This document shows positions 8,967-18,115 of a stretch of DNA of 64,000 bases, piece after piece (position 1 is the first letter of the stretch; each line of letters begins with the position of its first letter). Both the position numbers and the translations under genes were made by a program. The stretch covers positions 162,074-226,073 of IMG/VR virus record IMGVR_UViG_3300036846_000743. One strand, written 5' to 3'. Below the pieces are notes generated by a model that searched no databases, was not told where the DNA came from, and saw only the letters and a list, made by a program, of their open reading frames with translations.

Positions 8967-9854
8967 TCAACCAGCCTTCGGCCGGACTTGCTGCGACCGG
9001 TGCGGCATATCCTTTCCGCGATCATAAAGGACCCAATCCAGGTCTTCCGGAAGCGACGCCGCGATGGCGTCTGCCACACCCGGTTCGAGTAGCTCGCGCC
9101 ACTCGTCAACAGTTGAATGGTCTAGTCCCACCGGCCGCGCCTTGCGCTGCTCTTCGACCCAGTGCGGATAAGTGAACATGGTCTTCCCGTCCTGCGCGTA
9201 GCTGTTCGCCGGGCTCGTCATGGCCGGGTCGTAGTCGATCCCGATGAACTCAGCGATCCGTGACATCTGCTGCTCGGGAAAGAGCACCACATCCTCGAAT
9301 CGCACCAGCAGGACCGGCCTGTCAGCATCCAGCGCAGCCACGGCATCACTGGTCATGTGTGCGTAACGGTGCGCGGCGCTGACGGGGTTTTCCTTGTACC
9401 AGGGTCGCTTGCACCACGAGCAGTAAACTGCTCGCGGATCTCTGACCATGACGAGCGTCGGTATGTCCGGCATTTTGGAAAAGACGTGGCTGATCAGGTA
9501 GCCGATGTAGAAAACGCTCCTGTCGACCAGGATATCCCGATCATGGATCCCGTAGTGCGCAACTATATGGTCGAAGACTTCCGCGTACATGCTTTGCCAG
9601 CTACCAGTGGCCCTGATGGTCTTGTCGGCAATCTTCTCCAGTTCGGCTTCAGTTATGACTCGGCCGAGCGGTGGCAGGGGCCCTTCCCCCGATATTGGCG
9701 CAAATGGATCTACGTATGGAGGTTTGGTGTTAATGTTTAGAATCCCCACCTCAGTCTCCGCGAGGATCCGGGGATGAGCCCGCAGCAGGTCCAGCATCAA
9801 GGTGGTGCCGCTGTTCGTGACCCCGCAAAGAGCCAAGACCTTTGTAAGTAGCAT
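8967..9854 (-). CDS. sulfotransferase (Sulfotransfer_3-like)
   Basis: 5'-PSB-like GVTNSGTTLM; 3'-PB VRDPRAVYCS; VRFEDVVLFPE. Confidence 0.85.
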   Translation of the reverse strand: MLLTKVLALCGVTNSGTTLMLDLLRAHPRILAETEVGILNINTKPPYVDPFAPISGEGPLPPLGRVITEAELEKIADKTIRATGSWQSMYAEVFDHIVAHYGIHDRDILVDRSVFYIGYLISHVFSKMPDIPTLVMVRDPRAVYCSWCKRPWYKENPVSAAHRYAHMTSDAVAALDADRPVLLVRFEDVVLFPEQQMSRIAEFIGIDYDPAMTSPANSYAQDGKTMFTYPHWVEEQRKARPVGLDHSTVDEWRELLEPGVADAIAASLPEDLDWVLYDRGKDMPHRSQQVRPKAG

Positions 9855-9878
9855 TGGTCGTCTCCGTTCGCTGGCAGC

Positions 9879-11873
9879 TCAGACATCCACTATCCGCACC
9901 CGCCGAGGTCGCTTCAGCATCAGCCCCGTCGGCACCGGCAGCGGTGCCGCCGCGCCTTGCTTGCCATACTGCTGGGCTAGTACCTGCTGTCCTCCCTGCA
10001 TCTGGGCCTCCTGCTTCTGGTCGTCCATCCGCGACTTGACGAGCGCGTGCAACGTAGGATCAGTCTTCTTGAGGGAGATCAGCTCGCTCTGTCGCTGACT
10101 GTCGGGCAGGCTCTGAAGCTGGCCCGCGATCTCCTCGGCCTTGGCCATCAGTTCCTGGGGTGTAACCGGCGTATTGGCACCACCACCTGCTGCGCCAGCG
10201 GCCCCTCCACCGCCTGGAGGCGCGCCACCCGGAGGAGCGCCGCCACCGCCGCCAGCGTCCGGAGGTGCACCTCCTGCTGGAGCACCTCCCGGCGGCGCTC
10301 CACCCGCAGCAGCGCCTTGGACCGCCTGTTGCATCTGTGCTTCATCGGCCATCTCCTCCTGCATCTTCTGGGTCTCGTCGGCAACGAACTTCTCTTCCTC
10401 CAGCATCTGCTTCTGCTCATCCTCGAAGTCCATGCCGACCGAGCGAAGCCCGGTGGTTTGCGAGATCTGCTTGCCCATCATGAGCTGGAGCTTGGCCGCC
10501 TGACGGTTCATGTCGTCGGCGTGAGTGACCTTCATGAGCCGCGCGGTGACTGGCTCCCAGTTCAAAGCCTTGGCGAGCGATTCGACCAGCCAGCCCAGGA
10601 AGCCATTCATGTTGTGCGTGAGCGGTGCCCAGTAGCTCTCGAAGAGCCGCAGGGCCGGCGGAGCCGCCGACATGGTCAAGGTCCCCTTGTACATGTCGGC
10701 CGGGATACCAGCTGCGTTCAACAGGTGATCAATGCCCTGGTCAAGCAGGTCCTTGGGTGCCAGCTGGTTGGCATCGCCACCCATGGCCTTGTATTCCAGT
10801 GGGAACGGGATCACGTTCCAGCGGGCTGGATCTTTGCGGCGCGCCGCCAGCATGCGGTTCACCCGCGAGACGAACGTACCCATGTTGGCACCGAGCACGG
10901 GATCCTGGGCCGCCGGATCGGCAGCCCCGCCCTTGGACGCCGGCATGATCACCCGGAATGGGATCACGTAGTCCAGGGCGATGGCTTCGTTGTATCTGTG
11001 CAGGACCTGGACGTACCAAGCCTGGCCGAAGTTCGACAGGACTTTCGAGATGCCCCAGCCCTTGTTGCGGACACCGGCTAGAGCATCGTCTTTCATGTGA
11101 TAGATGATGCCGGGGTCGAACTGGAGCATCTTGTTGTTCTTGACCGCCTGGATCACTTCCCAGTTGGCACGCTCGAGATGGAACAGCTTGCCGCGGCGAA
11201 TGTCCTGCCGGTAGTCCTCGGGGATCTTCCAGATGTAGGACGTATCGTCGGTCAACGTGTCATAGAGGATCTCCATGTAGTGGGGGTCCCACCGCTTGAC
11301 ATGAACGTCCGCTTCCTCGCCAGAGCGACGATCGATGTGATGCCAGGCGCCGTTGTAATTGCACTCCGAGTTGGGACACTTGGCATGGAAGTCGAAGTCC
11401 TGCCACTGAAAGTGGAAGTCAGGTGTGCTGTAAACTTTTCGTAAGGGCCACTCGGTATAGCAGCGAGGGCAGCTCAGATAGCGCCGGAACGGTATAACTA
11501 CAGATGTGAATGAGTTTCCGTAGCATGCATAGTCCGTGGCCACGTAGTTCAGGACGCTCTTGTAGTCGATCGTCTCGTCAAGGAACTCCTTGAATTTATC
11601 TTTCTCCTCGCGGCTGGCATCCTGGGAGCTGACTTCGATATCGGTGATGAAGTAAGAGACGATGCGCCTCATGGCCTCCCGGTACACGCCCATCTTGCTA
11701 AAGATGAACTCGCACCAGTACATTATATCTCTGGGATGCTCAGGCATCACAGTTGAAGCCATGTCGCAAAATGGATCTGGGAAATTCTCGCTGCCTCGCA
11801 TCGTGAAGTTCCCCGATGCGAAGAGCTTGTTGTCGCTGACGGTAAGACTCATCGTGTCGTCCTTGACGGCCAA
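9879..11873 (-). CDS. probable portal protein with Zn-ribbon insertion, Gly/Pro-rich tail and C-terminal RVRIVDV tag
   Basis: 664 aa; DYACYGNSF and IYHMKD...GWG segments and Q/G/P-rich tail fit large-phage portals; CPRC...CPNSEC insertion; alternative ATG at 11853. Confidence 0.6.
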   Translation of the reverse strand: MAVKDDTMSLTVSDNKLFASGNFTMRGSENFPDPFCDMASTVMPEHPRDIMYWCEFIFSKMGVYREAMRRIVSYFITDIEVSSQDASREEKDKFKEFLDETIDYKSVLNYVATDYACYGNSFTSVVIPFRRYLSCPRCYTEWPLRKVYSTPDFHFQWQDFDFHAKCPNSECNYNGAWHHIDRRSGEEADVHVKRWDPHYMEILYDTLTDDTSYIWKIPEDYRQDIRRGKLFHLERANWEVIQAVKNNKMLQFDPGIIYHMKDDALAGVRNKGWGISKVLSNFGQAWYVQVLHRYNEAIALDYVIPFRVIMPASKGGAADPAAQDPVLGANMGTFVSRVNRMLAARRKDPARWNVIPFPLEYKAMGGDANQLAPKDLLDQGIDHLLNAAGIPADMYKGTLTMSAAPPALRLFESYWAPLTHNMNGFLGWLVESLAKALNWEPVTARLMKVTHADDMNRQAAKLQLMMGKQISQTTGLRSVGMDFEDEQKQMLEEEKFVADETQKMQEEMADEAQMQQAVQGAAAGGAPPGGAPAGGAPPDAGGGGGAPPGGAPPGGGGAAGAAGGGANTPVTPQELMAKAEEIAGQLQSLPDSQRQSELISLKKTDPTLHALVKSRMDDQKQEAQMQGGQQVLAQQYGKQGAAAPLPVPTGLMLKRPRRVRIVDV

Positions 11874-11903
11874 GGTGCATCAATACGCTGCGTAACGCCG
11901 AAC

Positions 11904-12083
11904 TCACCCTGTCTTCAGCTTATCCTTGACCATGTCGGAGTCTCGCTTGTGCTGATCTTGCTGATCCAGCTCTTCCACAGTCTTCCTGGGCTGAACCGCA
12001 GCCTCCTTGGGGCTCAGTGACTTGGGATTGCTAAGATCAGGCGTGATGTCAGGACCAATCACGCCGCGTTTTTCCATGCTCAT
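11904..12083 (-). CDS. small hypothetical protein (59 aa, MSMEKRGVIGPD...)
   Basis: Below the ORF-track cutoff; ATGA overlap with the upstream stop; GGAGG RBS; fills the gap before the portal. Confidence 0.65.
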   Translation of the reverse strand: MSMEKRGVIGPDITPDLSNPKSLSPKEAAVQPRKTVEELDQQDQHKRDSDMVKDKLKTG

Positions 12084-13057
12084 GACTCGCCTCCCTGTGA
12101 TACGCGTTCCTCGATCAGCAAACTGACGTAGGTTCGACCCGTATCCGGGTCCGTGAATGATTGATCAGGCCAGACCAGCTTGTAGTCCATCGGGTCGCCT
12201 TCGACTCGAGCGGCAAACGGTCCATCGATCTGGGGGAGATACTTGTTGCCGCCCTGGTATCGCTCATCGTAAACCAGGACGAATTGCTGGTTGCTGATGA
12301 TGACCCGGTGATAGTAGGCTTCATGCAGCCCGAAGCCAGGCACGCCAAAGGTCACTTTCTTGGTCGGCGGGCTGACCGGCATGGATGCCGCTGCGACTTC
12401 GACAGGCTGCGCGCGGGACTTCTGAAAAGCACCAAGCAAACCGCCTTGCGGTTCGCCGGACTTTGTTTGAGGCTGGGTCTGGACGACCGTGTTATTGAAG
12501 CTCGCGGCCTTGATGGTTCGTGGGCCAGTTTCTGGCGGGGCCGACGGGATTGACCCCTGAACATCATTCTGGGGAACCGTGATGACCTGCTTGGGCTCGG
12601 GCGATTGTGGCGGTGCTGGAGCATCCTGGGATCGCTGGGAAGCGCCGATCAGATGGAAGGCAGCCGCACCCTGGAGCCGTACCTGCTCGATTGCGGGAAG
12701 CTGACTGCCGTGTTTTTCTGCGTATTCCCTACCCAAGGTCGCGGCCTCCTCAGCAATGTCCTGAGTAACCCGATCCAGGTCCACGACGACCGACTGGCCT
12801 TCGATATGGGGGTCGATGTGAATGCGCCTGTGCGGCGGCTTGTGCGGGTCGTAAGCCCTTGATCCACCAAGTGGTTTGGCATGCGGAACCACTACCCCGC
12901 GCAGTTGTTTCCCGCCGACCGACGACGGCATGTACCTGGCCAAGCTGGTGCCGTCGTCGAAGCCGACTTGTTCGGGCCGCTGGTATTCCGCGGATGCTTG
13001 CCGGTCCGTCTGATCGATGAACGGATGCAGCGAGATGCCCATAATGCCGCCTTTCAA
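12080..13057 (-). CDS. hypothetical protein
   Basis: About 320 aa; two domains joined by a Pro/Gln linker; start may be MGISL about 15 nt downstream. Confidence 0.7.
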   Translation of the reverse strand: MKGGIMGISLHPFIDQTDRQASAEYQRPEQVGFDDGTSLARYMPSSVGGKQLRGVVVPHAKPLGGSRAYDPHKPPHRRIHIDPHIEGQSVVVDLDRVTQDIAEEAATLGREYAEKHGSQLPAIEQVRLQGAAAFHLIGASQRSQDAPAPPQSPEPKQVITVPQNDVQGSIPSAPPETGPRTIKAASFNNTVVQTQPQTKSGEPQGGLLGAFQKSRAQPVEVAAASMPVSPPTKKVTFGVPGFGLHEAYYHRVIISNQQFVLVYDERYQGGNKYLPQIDGPFAARVEGDPMDYKLVWPDQSFTDPDTGRTYVSLLIEERVSQGGES

Positions 13058-13620
13058 TTGACTTTGGATCCTTTGCGCAGGTTATCGTCGCGCCACAGCG
13101 GTTGCAAGTTAGTCAGGGCCCAACAAGCCACAAAGTCAGGATCATCAACTGTTCTATACTTGAACTTCGCTTGAGGAATGACATGGTCAATATGCCATTC
13201 ACCATAATTATCCCAAGTCATGCCTGGGAGGAATCTCGACTCCAAATGGGTCTTGAGTTCCTGAACCGTATAGCCGACGAGCCCAAAGCAGCGGCCGCGG
13301 CGCAACCCTCGTTTGATGGTGTGGCTGATCGTCGTTGCAATACCAGTCCGGATCCGCCAATTGATGCTGCGTCTCTGCCACGCCCTCGTGTTCGCCAGAA
13401 CTTTAGCCGTGTTCTTGCGATAATATCCCCTCACAGACTTTCTGACAGAGCTGCGATAACGCTCGAGATTCGCTGGATTCGCCAACCATTGACCTTGGTA
13501 GTTTTTCTTGCATTCCTTGCAATAGGTATCCAGACCATCCTTTCGCCGCAACAACTTGTGAAAGTCGGCAACTGGTTTCGTGCGCTTGCATCGATAACAC
13601 GACTTCACAAGCACCTTCAC
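13054..13620 (-). CDS. HNH homing endonuclease with N-terminal Zn finger
   Basis: CYRC...CKEC; WHIDHVIP...NLQPLW..DNLRK; lower GC than flanks. Confidence 0.9.
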   Translation of the reverse strand: MKVLVKSCYRCKRTKPVADFHKLLRRKDGLDTYCKECKKNYQGQWLANPANLERYRSSVRKSVRGYYRKNTAKVLANTRAWQRRSINWRIRTGIATTISHTIKRGLRRGRCFGLVGYTVQELKTHLESRFLPGMTWDNYGEWHIDHVIPQAKFKYRTVDDPDFVACWALTNLQPLWRDDNLRKGSKVN

Positions 13621-13652
13621 CTCCTTGGGACCTACTCTAGCATCGAATAGCT

Positions 13653-13709
13653 AAAAAAAAGAGGCCGGCTGCCGCTTGACCCCTGATGGGACCAAACAAC
13701 AGCCGACCC
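13653..13709 (-). terminator. long GU-rich hairpin plus U8, intrinsic terminator
   Basis: Minus RNA GGGUCGGCUGUUGUUUGGUCCC-AUCA-GGGGUCAAGCGGCAGCCGGCCU-C-UUUUUUUU gives a 22-bp continuous stem. Confidence 0.85.
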
Positions 13710-13799
13710 GTCCCCACGTCACCACCACGCGACGCGTACCTGGTTAATTCTTGCACCCAAGCGATCTTCACCGCCCGAAGACGACCAGAGCGTCGACGA

Positions 13800-14360
13800 T
13801 CAGTTGAGTTCAGCCTCAGCCTTGGCCTTGGCTCGTGCAGCTGCCGCCTGGTTAGCCGCCTGGTCAGCAGCCTTCTCTTTGGCATCCCTCTTGGCCTTGG
13901 CATCCTTGATGAACTTCTTGGCCTTCTTGGCCATCTCTGCCGCTTCAGCTTTGGCTTGGGCTTGAACCTTGTGCTTGTGCTCCGTGACAGCCATGGTCCT
14001 CGCGGTGAGATCTCTGAGCATCGAAGTAGCTGCCTGCGTAACCTGCATGTCACCGTCCGCTGCAAGTACCAGGTCGGCGACCAGCGAGACCAGCATGGCC
14101 GCGCCTGGCTGACTATTCTCGCAGAACCGCCAAGACATCTTCTGGAGTTCGATCATATCGGTTGCGACCTGCGCGCCGAATCGCTTGGTCAGTTCGCTGC
14201 GCATGGACTCCCACCGCTGTATCATCCCCTGATGGTACTGATCATGATCCTGCCAGATCTTGGCGTCGCTCATGGGCGGAAACCCGAAATGCGAACCAAT
14301 TAACTCGAGAATGATCATCAGCCCCGGTGGGATATCATCGTCGTTCTTGCGCGTTTTCAA
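13800..14360 (-). CDS. hypothetical protein with Lys/Ala-rich coiled tail
   Basis: AAGGAGG plus TTG start at 14360. Confidence 0.65.
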   Translation of the reverse strand: MKTRKNDDDIPPGLMIILELIGSHFGFPPMSDAKIWQDHDQYHQGMIQRWESMRSELTKRFGAQVATDMIELQKMSWRFCENSQPGAAMLVSLVADLVLAADGDMQVTQAATSMLRDLTARTMAVTEHKHKVQAQAKAEAAEMAKKAKKFIKDAKAKRDAKEKAADQAANQAAAARAKAKAEAELN

Positions 14361-14413
14361 GGCATACCTCCTTCGTAGGGAACGAGAACAGGACATGGCA
14401 GAGCCACAGCGGC

Positions 14414-14797
14414 TCACCGCTTGTCGGCCTGGAAGCCGTAGTAGAGCCTGGGTCGATGGGTAAAGTAAAGTGACCCCAGCTGATTGTCCACCAGACGACG
14501 AACCACGAGCATCGGGGCCGCGAAGCCGACCGGCTCGAAGTGTTCGGAGAGTTCCTTGGTGTTGAAGACGTTGTCCTTGCCGTGCTGAGCTTCGAGTTGT
14601 GCGCGGAGCAATTCCTCGGCCATGTCGTCGCGCGCTCTGAGAAGCTCCTGGGCTTCTTCGTCGGTCACCTCGGTCGTCCCGGCCGCCTCTGCGGCCTGGA
14701 TGATCATTGCGCCGGCCGTGGCCAGCGCATCATGCGCTGGCTGGTTGACCTCCGGCAACAGCTCTCGCCTTCTCGCTTCAGTCGGATCGGTGCTCAT
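14414..14797 (-). CDS. conserved hypothetical protein
   Basis: AAGGAG RBS; GFAAPMLVVRR...GSLYFTHRPRLYYGF. Confidence 0.75.
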   Translation of the reverse strand: MSTDPTEARRRELLPEVNQPAHDALATAGAMIIQAAEAAGTTEVTDEEAQELLRARDDMAEELLRAQLEAQHGKDNVFNTKELSEHFEPVGFAAPMLVVRRLVDNQLGSLYFTHRPRLYYGFQADKR

Positions 14798-15099
14798 GGA
14801 AGATGCTCCTTGGCAGTTAAAGTACGTTCGATCATCTCGTCCTTGAGCCGATGCCTGGCCACTGTGAACCAGAGAATCTTGTACTCATGATTGGTCAGGA
14901 GATGGTCCATCTCCCCCGGAGTGGTGACCCAGAGAGCACGCGTATGCGCCTCGTTCCGCGGTCCGGGATTCCGGATCACCGCAATCAAGGCGAACCGCTC
15001 GCTCTCGGGCCACTCCGGAGCACGATGAACCTTCCCGATCATCACGCTGCGAGCCCAGTCAGCCGGCTCAACTGATAACTGAAGCAGATGCACGGCCAT
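14794..15099 (-). CDS. hypothetical protein
   Basis: 101 aa; overlaps both neighbours in the operon. Confidence 0.6.
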   Translation of the reverse strand: MAVHLLQLSVEPADWARSVMIGKVHRAPEWPESERFALIAVIRNPGPRNEAHTRALWVTTPGEMDHLLTNHEYKILWFTVARHRLKDEMIERTLTAKEHLP

Positions 15100-16348
15100 G
15101 ATCGAAACTCCCTGTTGGCCGCCCCATAGCCGGCACTACCCGGCTGGCCCAGATCCGCTTGGTGGAATACAGATCCACATGACCGCCAGGGAACTGCCAG
15201 GTCAATGCGTCAGGCCGCGGCGGGATGTTATAACGCACCACGCGCACACCAGTCGCATGCGACAGGGTCATGGGCAAGTGCGGATCATCGAGGGCCGCCT
15301 TGATGTCCGCGTCCGTGGCCATCTCGCTGTTGCGGCCCAGCTCCTGCCTCATCATTCCGACCAGCACCTCGATGATCGTGTCATTGGCTTCGAGAGCATC
15401 GAGAAGCTGTCGATCCAAGTTCGCGATATCGGGAGCCGCCATGAACTGCGGATAGCTCAGATCGGCTGGGAAGAAGCTGTTCGCTCTCAGCACCGTGAAG
15501 GCCGGGTTGCGAAATGGCCTCCCGAGTACAGTTGCCATGTTGGCGTAGACTCGATGCGGTCGCTGAGCGCCAGGGTTCCACCGGCCATCGCCAAAATACC
15601 ACAGTCCCTTCCATTGCCCTGATGAGCCGGCCTCATCAGGACGAGTACTGCCGTCAACGGGATGCACAGGGTAGTCGCCCTGGCGCGCAAAGTAGCGTTG
15701 CGGCAGCAAAATACAACCATTCTCCTCGAAGCTGTGAGCCCAGAAGAAGTCCTCCAGTTCCTGATCGGTGATGTCGTCGATTGCCTTACCAAGAGCAGAC
15801 GATGCCTCACGCTTGATCACGGCTCCTCGCTCGAAGACGGGTCTTTGAAGAAACGCACAGTAGAATTCCGGCAGGGTAGGCTGATGGGGGATTGGTTCAT
15901 CAGCCTCGACGACCCTGTTGGCCTCTCGGGCCAGCATGACCGCCAGGTGAGCCGCAGTCTTGTTCTGGTCGGGGTCAAGATGGTGGCGACACGCGCCCCA
16001 TGTGCTGCGAGGCAGCGCGCAGTCAAAAACTGCTGGGCTGCACTCCTCGTTCTGCTTCGCGTCCACGTAGACTCGGCCACTATGGACATCAAAGGCGAAC
16101 TTCAGCGTGAGTAGAATGACCGACCGCTGCGGGGTTTTGGCATCTGGCCGCATTGTACGCTGCCAGCGCATGACGAACATCGTCGGGCCGGATAAAGGAG
16201 TAAGTCCGTGCTCGGCGAACGAGTCGCTCCGGCGGCTCGGTGGCCGGAACCCGATCGCGATGAGCCCGGAAAGTGTGGTCCAGCGGACCTCGTCAACAGA
16301 CGTAAGCTCAGGAAAAGCGCTAGACTTGAGACGTCTGGGATTGAACAA
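15068..16348 (-). CDS. hypothetical protein
   Basis: 426 aa; AGGAGG RBS plus TTG. Confidence 0.75.
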   Translation of the reverse strand: MFNPRRLKSSAFPELTSVDEVRWTTLSGLIAIGFRPPSRRSDSFAEHGLTPLSGPTMFVMRWQRTMRPDAKTPQRSVILLTLKFAFDVHSGRVYVDAKQNEECSPAVFDCALPRSTWGACRHHLDPDQNKTAAHLAVMLAREANRVVEADEPIPHQPTLPEFYCAFLQRPVFERGAVIKREASSALGKAIDDITDQELEDFFWAHSFEENGCILLPQRYFARQGDYPVHPVDGSTRPDEAGSSGQWKGLWYFGDGRWNPGAQRPHRVYANMATVLGRPFRNPAFTVLRANSFFPADLSYPQFMAAPDIANLDRQLLDALEANDTIIEVLVGMMRQELGRNSEMATDADIKAALDDPHLPMTLSHATGVRVVRYNIPPRPDALTWQFPGGHVDLYSTKRIWASRVVPAMGRPTGSFDHGRASASVIS

Positions 16349-16402
16349 GATAAGATCCTCCTGACTGACATCCCCTCATTAGTCTCGTACCGAAATGTAG
16401 GG

Positions 16403-16430
16403 TCAGTGCATGGCGGATCACCTCCTTCCT
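16403..16430 (-). promoter_or_regulatory. extended Shine-Dalgarno plus Met-His-stop minigene
   Basis: Minus strand reads AGGAAGGAGGTGATCC-GCC-ATG-CAC-TGA. Confidence 0.6.
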
Positions 16431-16508
16431 TGGCAAGGGCGCAGAATCTCCGGGCACACCGCCGGATAGCGCTGCTCATTAGTAGATGACAGGTTTTGCT
16501 ACGAATCT

Positions 16509-17099
16509 TCAGTCGTCGTCTTCGACGCCTTCATCTTCATCTTCGTCGTCATTGCCTTCATCATCGAAGTCATCATCATCGTCAGCGTGATCGAGCACTT
16601 CCACGTCGGGCGCAAGTATCTCGACAACGCTGGCTGCCGGCGCAGGGACCGGCTGGAGAATGGGTGGGACCGGGCCGATAAAGCCATCCACGTCAACTTC
16701 AGTCTCGTCATCACTCACGAACAAGGGATAGCGGCCTTCCGGTGCTACCAGATAATGCCCGCCTCGGGATGGCAGCAAGAGATCGCCGCGAAAGGCAAAC
16801 ATCTGCCCGCCCTGCGAGCGACGTGCACGCATCGTGGTCAATAGTTCATCGAATGTGTTCAGGGTCGTGACAGTCCCTTTGCCGTAGTCGTCGGGGACAT
16901 GCACGAGGTGGCACTTGGCCGGCGGGGTCAAGAGCGACGCCCTGGCGCGTTGCAGCGCATCAGCTAGCAAGTCCAGAAGCATGATCGGGCGACTGGACAG
17001 GTAAAGTCGCAGCAGCTCGGTCATCTGATCGAGATCATCGGCACTGGATTGATCACCGTCAAGCGACGGTTCCTGGATCTGCTCTTGAGCTACGCTCAC
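16509..17099 (-). CDS. hypothetical protein with highly acidic tail
   Basis: 196 aa; ends DDDDDFDDEGNDDEDEDEGVEDDD. Confidence 0.7.
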   Translation of the reverse strand: MSVAQEQIQEPSLDGDQSSADDLDQMTELLRLYLSSRPIMLLDLLADALQRARASLLTPPAKCHLVHVPDDYGKGTVTTLNTFDELLTTMRARRSQGGQMFAFRGDLLLPSRGGHYLVAPEGRYPLFVSDDETEVDVDGFIGPVPPILQPVPAPAASVVEILAPDVEVLDHADDDDDFDDEGNDDEDEDEGVEDDD

Positions 17100-17815
17100 G
17101 GGATCTTCTCCTCGGCTTCCTGGATCTTCTGTTTGATGTCGGCTGGATCGGCCGGCTTCACTTCTAGCGTCTCCATGAGCGGGGCCATGTCACCGGCCAG
17201 GATAGCCTCGCCGACTCGTTTTGTCTCCGGGCGAATCGGCAGATGAACGACCGCCGCCGTATCTTGCGGGTTAGCCGTTCGCGCTGCGAAGCCCACGTGA
17301 TAGTGGGTCCCGTCGATCCCGAAGGCCGTGATGGTTATCGTGGGGGGCCTGGGTTCCGCGATGATCGCGTTGTAGACGGCCAGGTAGTCGACGATCTCCA
17401 GCTCCTGCGCAACCGGCTGCGCATAACGGCCCCGTTTGCGATCGACCAGGCCGGTCTGCGCGATGAAGGTCCGCAGATCTTCCCAGTACTCCAGGGGCGT
17501 GGCAAGCAGCACATTCTCGACCTCATGCGGATCCGCTTTCCAGCCTGGCGGGCACATGCCGCTGAAGAATGGCCTTATGGACTGGAGTCGCATCACCGAG
17601 CAATCTGGGTCTCCGTGACGGCTGGTGAACTCAGCGACAATATCGCGATCAAGCCCGCCGTAAGTGTAGATGCATCCGACCGAGAAAAACATCCAGTCAG
17701 ACGTCATCTCCTTCCAGCTGCCCGCAGCTCGCAACGTGTCGTCACAGTGAAGCGCGATCCGGTTGGTCCGATCGACTCCTGAGATACCTTCGGGCAAGAG
17801 CGGCTTCCATCCCAT
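17096..17815 (-). CDS. hypothetical protein
   Basis: AGGAG RBS; 239 aa. Confidence 0.7.
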   Translation of the reverse strand: MGWKPLLPEGISGVDRTNRIALHCDDTLRAAGSWKEMTSDWMFFSVGCIYTYGGLDRDIVAEFTSRHGDPDCSVMRLQSIRPFFSGMCPPGWKADPHEVENVLLATPLEYWEDLRTFIAQTGLVDRKRGRYAQPVAQELEIVDYLAVYNAIIAEPRPPTITITAFGIDGTHYHVGFAARTANPQDTAAVVHLPIRPETKRVGEAILAGDMAPLMETLEVKPADPADIKQKIQEAEEKIP

Positions 17816-17830
17816 GAGTGATCACTCCTG

Positions 17831-18058
17831 TTAGTTCCGCTTCCGGTAAGTCAATCCCAGGTTAGTGTGCAACGCACCGCATGAACAGCGTTTGCCGCCC
17901 CCGGCAAGCGACCAGACGAACGCCTTGGTCTCCGCCTGACAGAAGGGGCAGGTGATGTAACAATGAGAACGACCGAAGGCCGAATAGACGCCTGTGCGCT
18001 GATGCACGGCGCTCTCGGTCTTCGTGTTCTGAATGTCCTTGTAAGTCGTTTTTGGCAT
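17831..18058 (-). CDS. small Zn-ribbon protein
   Basis: CPFC...WSLAGGGKRCSCG. Confidence 0.7.
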   Translation of the reverse strand: MPKTTYKDIQNTKTESAVHQRTGVYSAFGRSHCYITCPFCQAETKAFVWSLAGGGKRCSCGALHTNLGLTYRKRN

Positions 18059-18081
18059 GTACACCCCGCATGCTGGCGGCC

Positions 18082-18105
18082 GCCGGCCGGCAATTGCCGG
18101 CCGGC
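18082..18105. repeat. perfect 24-bp palindrome
   Basis: gccggccggcaa|ttgccggccggc, intergenic. Confidence 0.9.
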
Positions 18106-18115
18106 ATGCTCACCA

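Noticed and set aside
1-13057. K-x-A motifs (KQA, KLA, KEA) as prohead protease cleavage sites
   Set aside because: Too short and common to establish by eye in Ala/Lys-rich proteins, and no protease gene is in the window.
16415-16430. 16S rRNA 3'-end fragment on the plus strand
   Set aside because: The match is limited to the anti-SD 16-mer with no other rRNA sequence; better read as a minus-strand SD.
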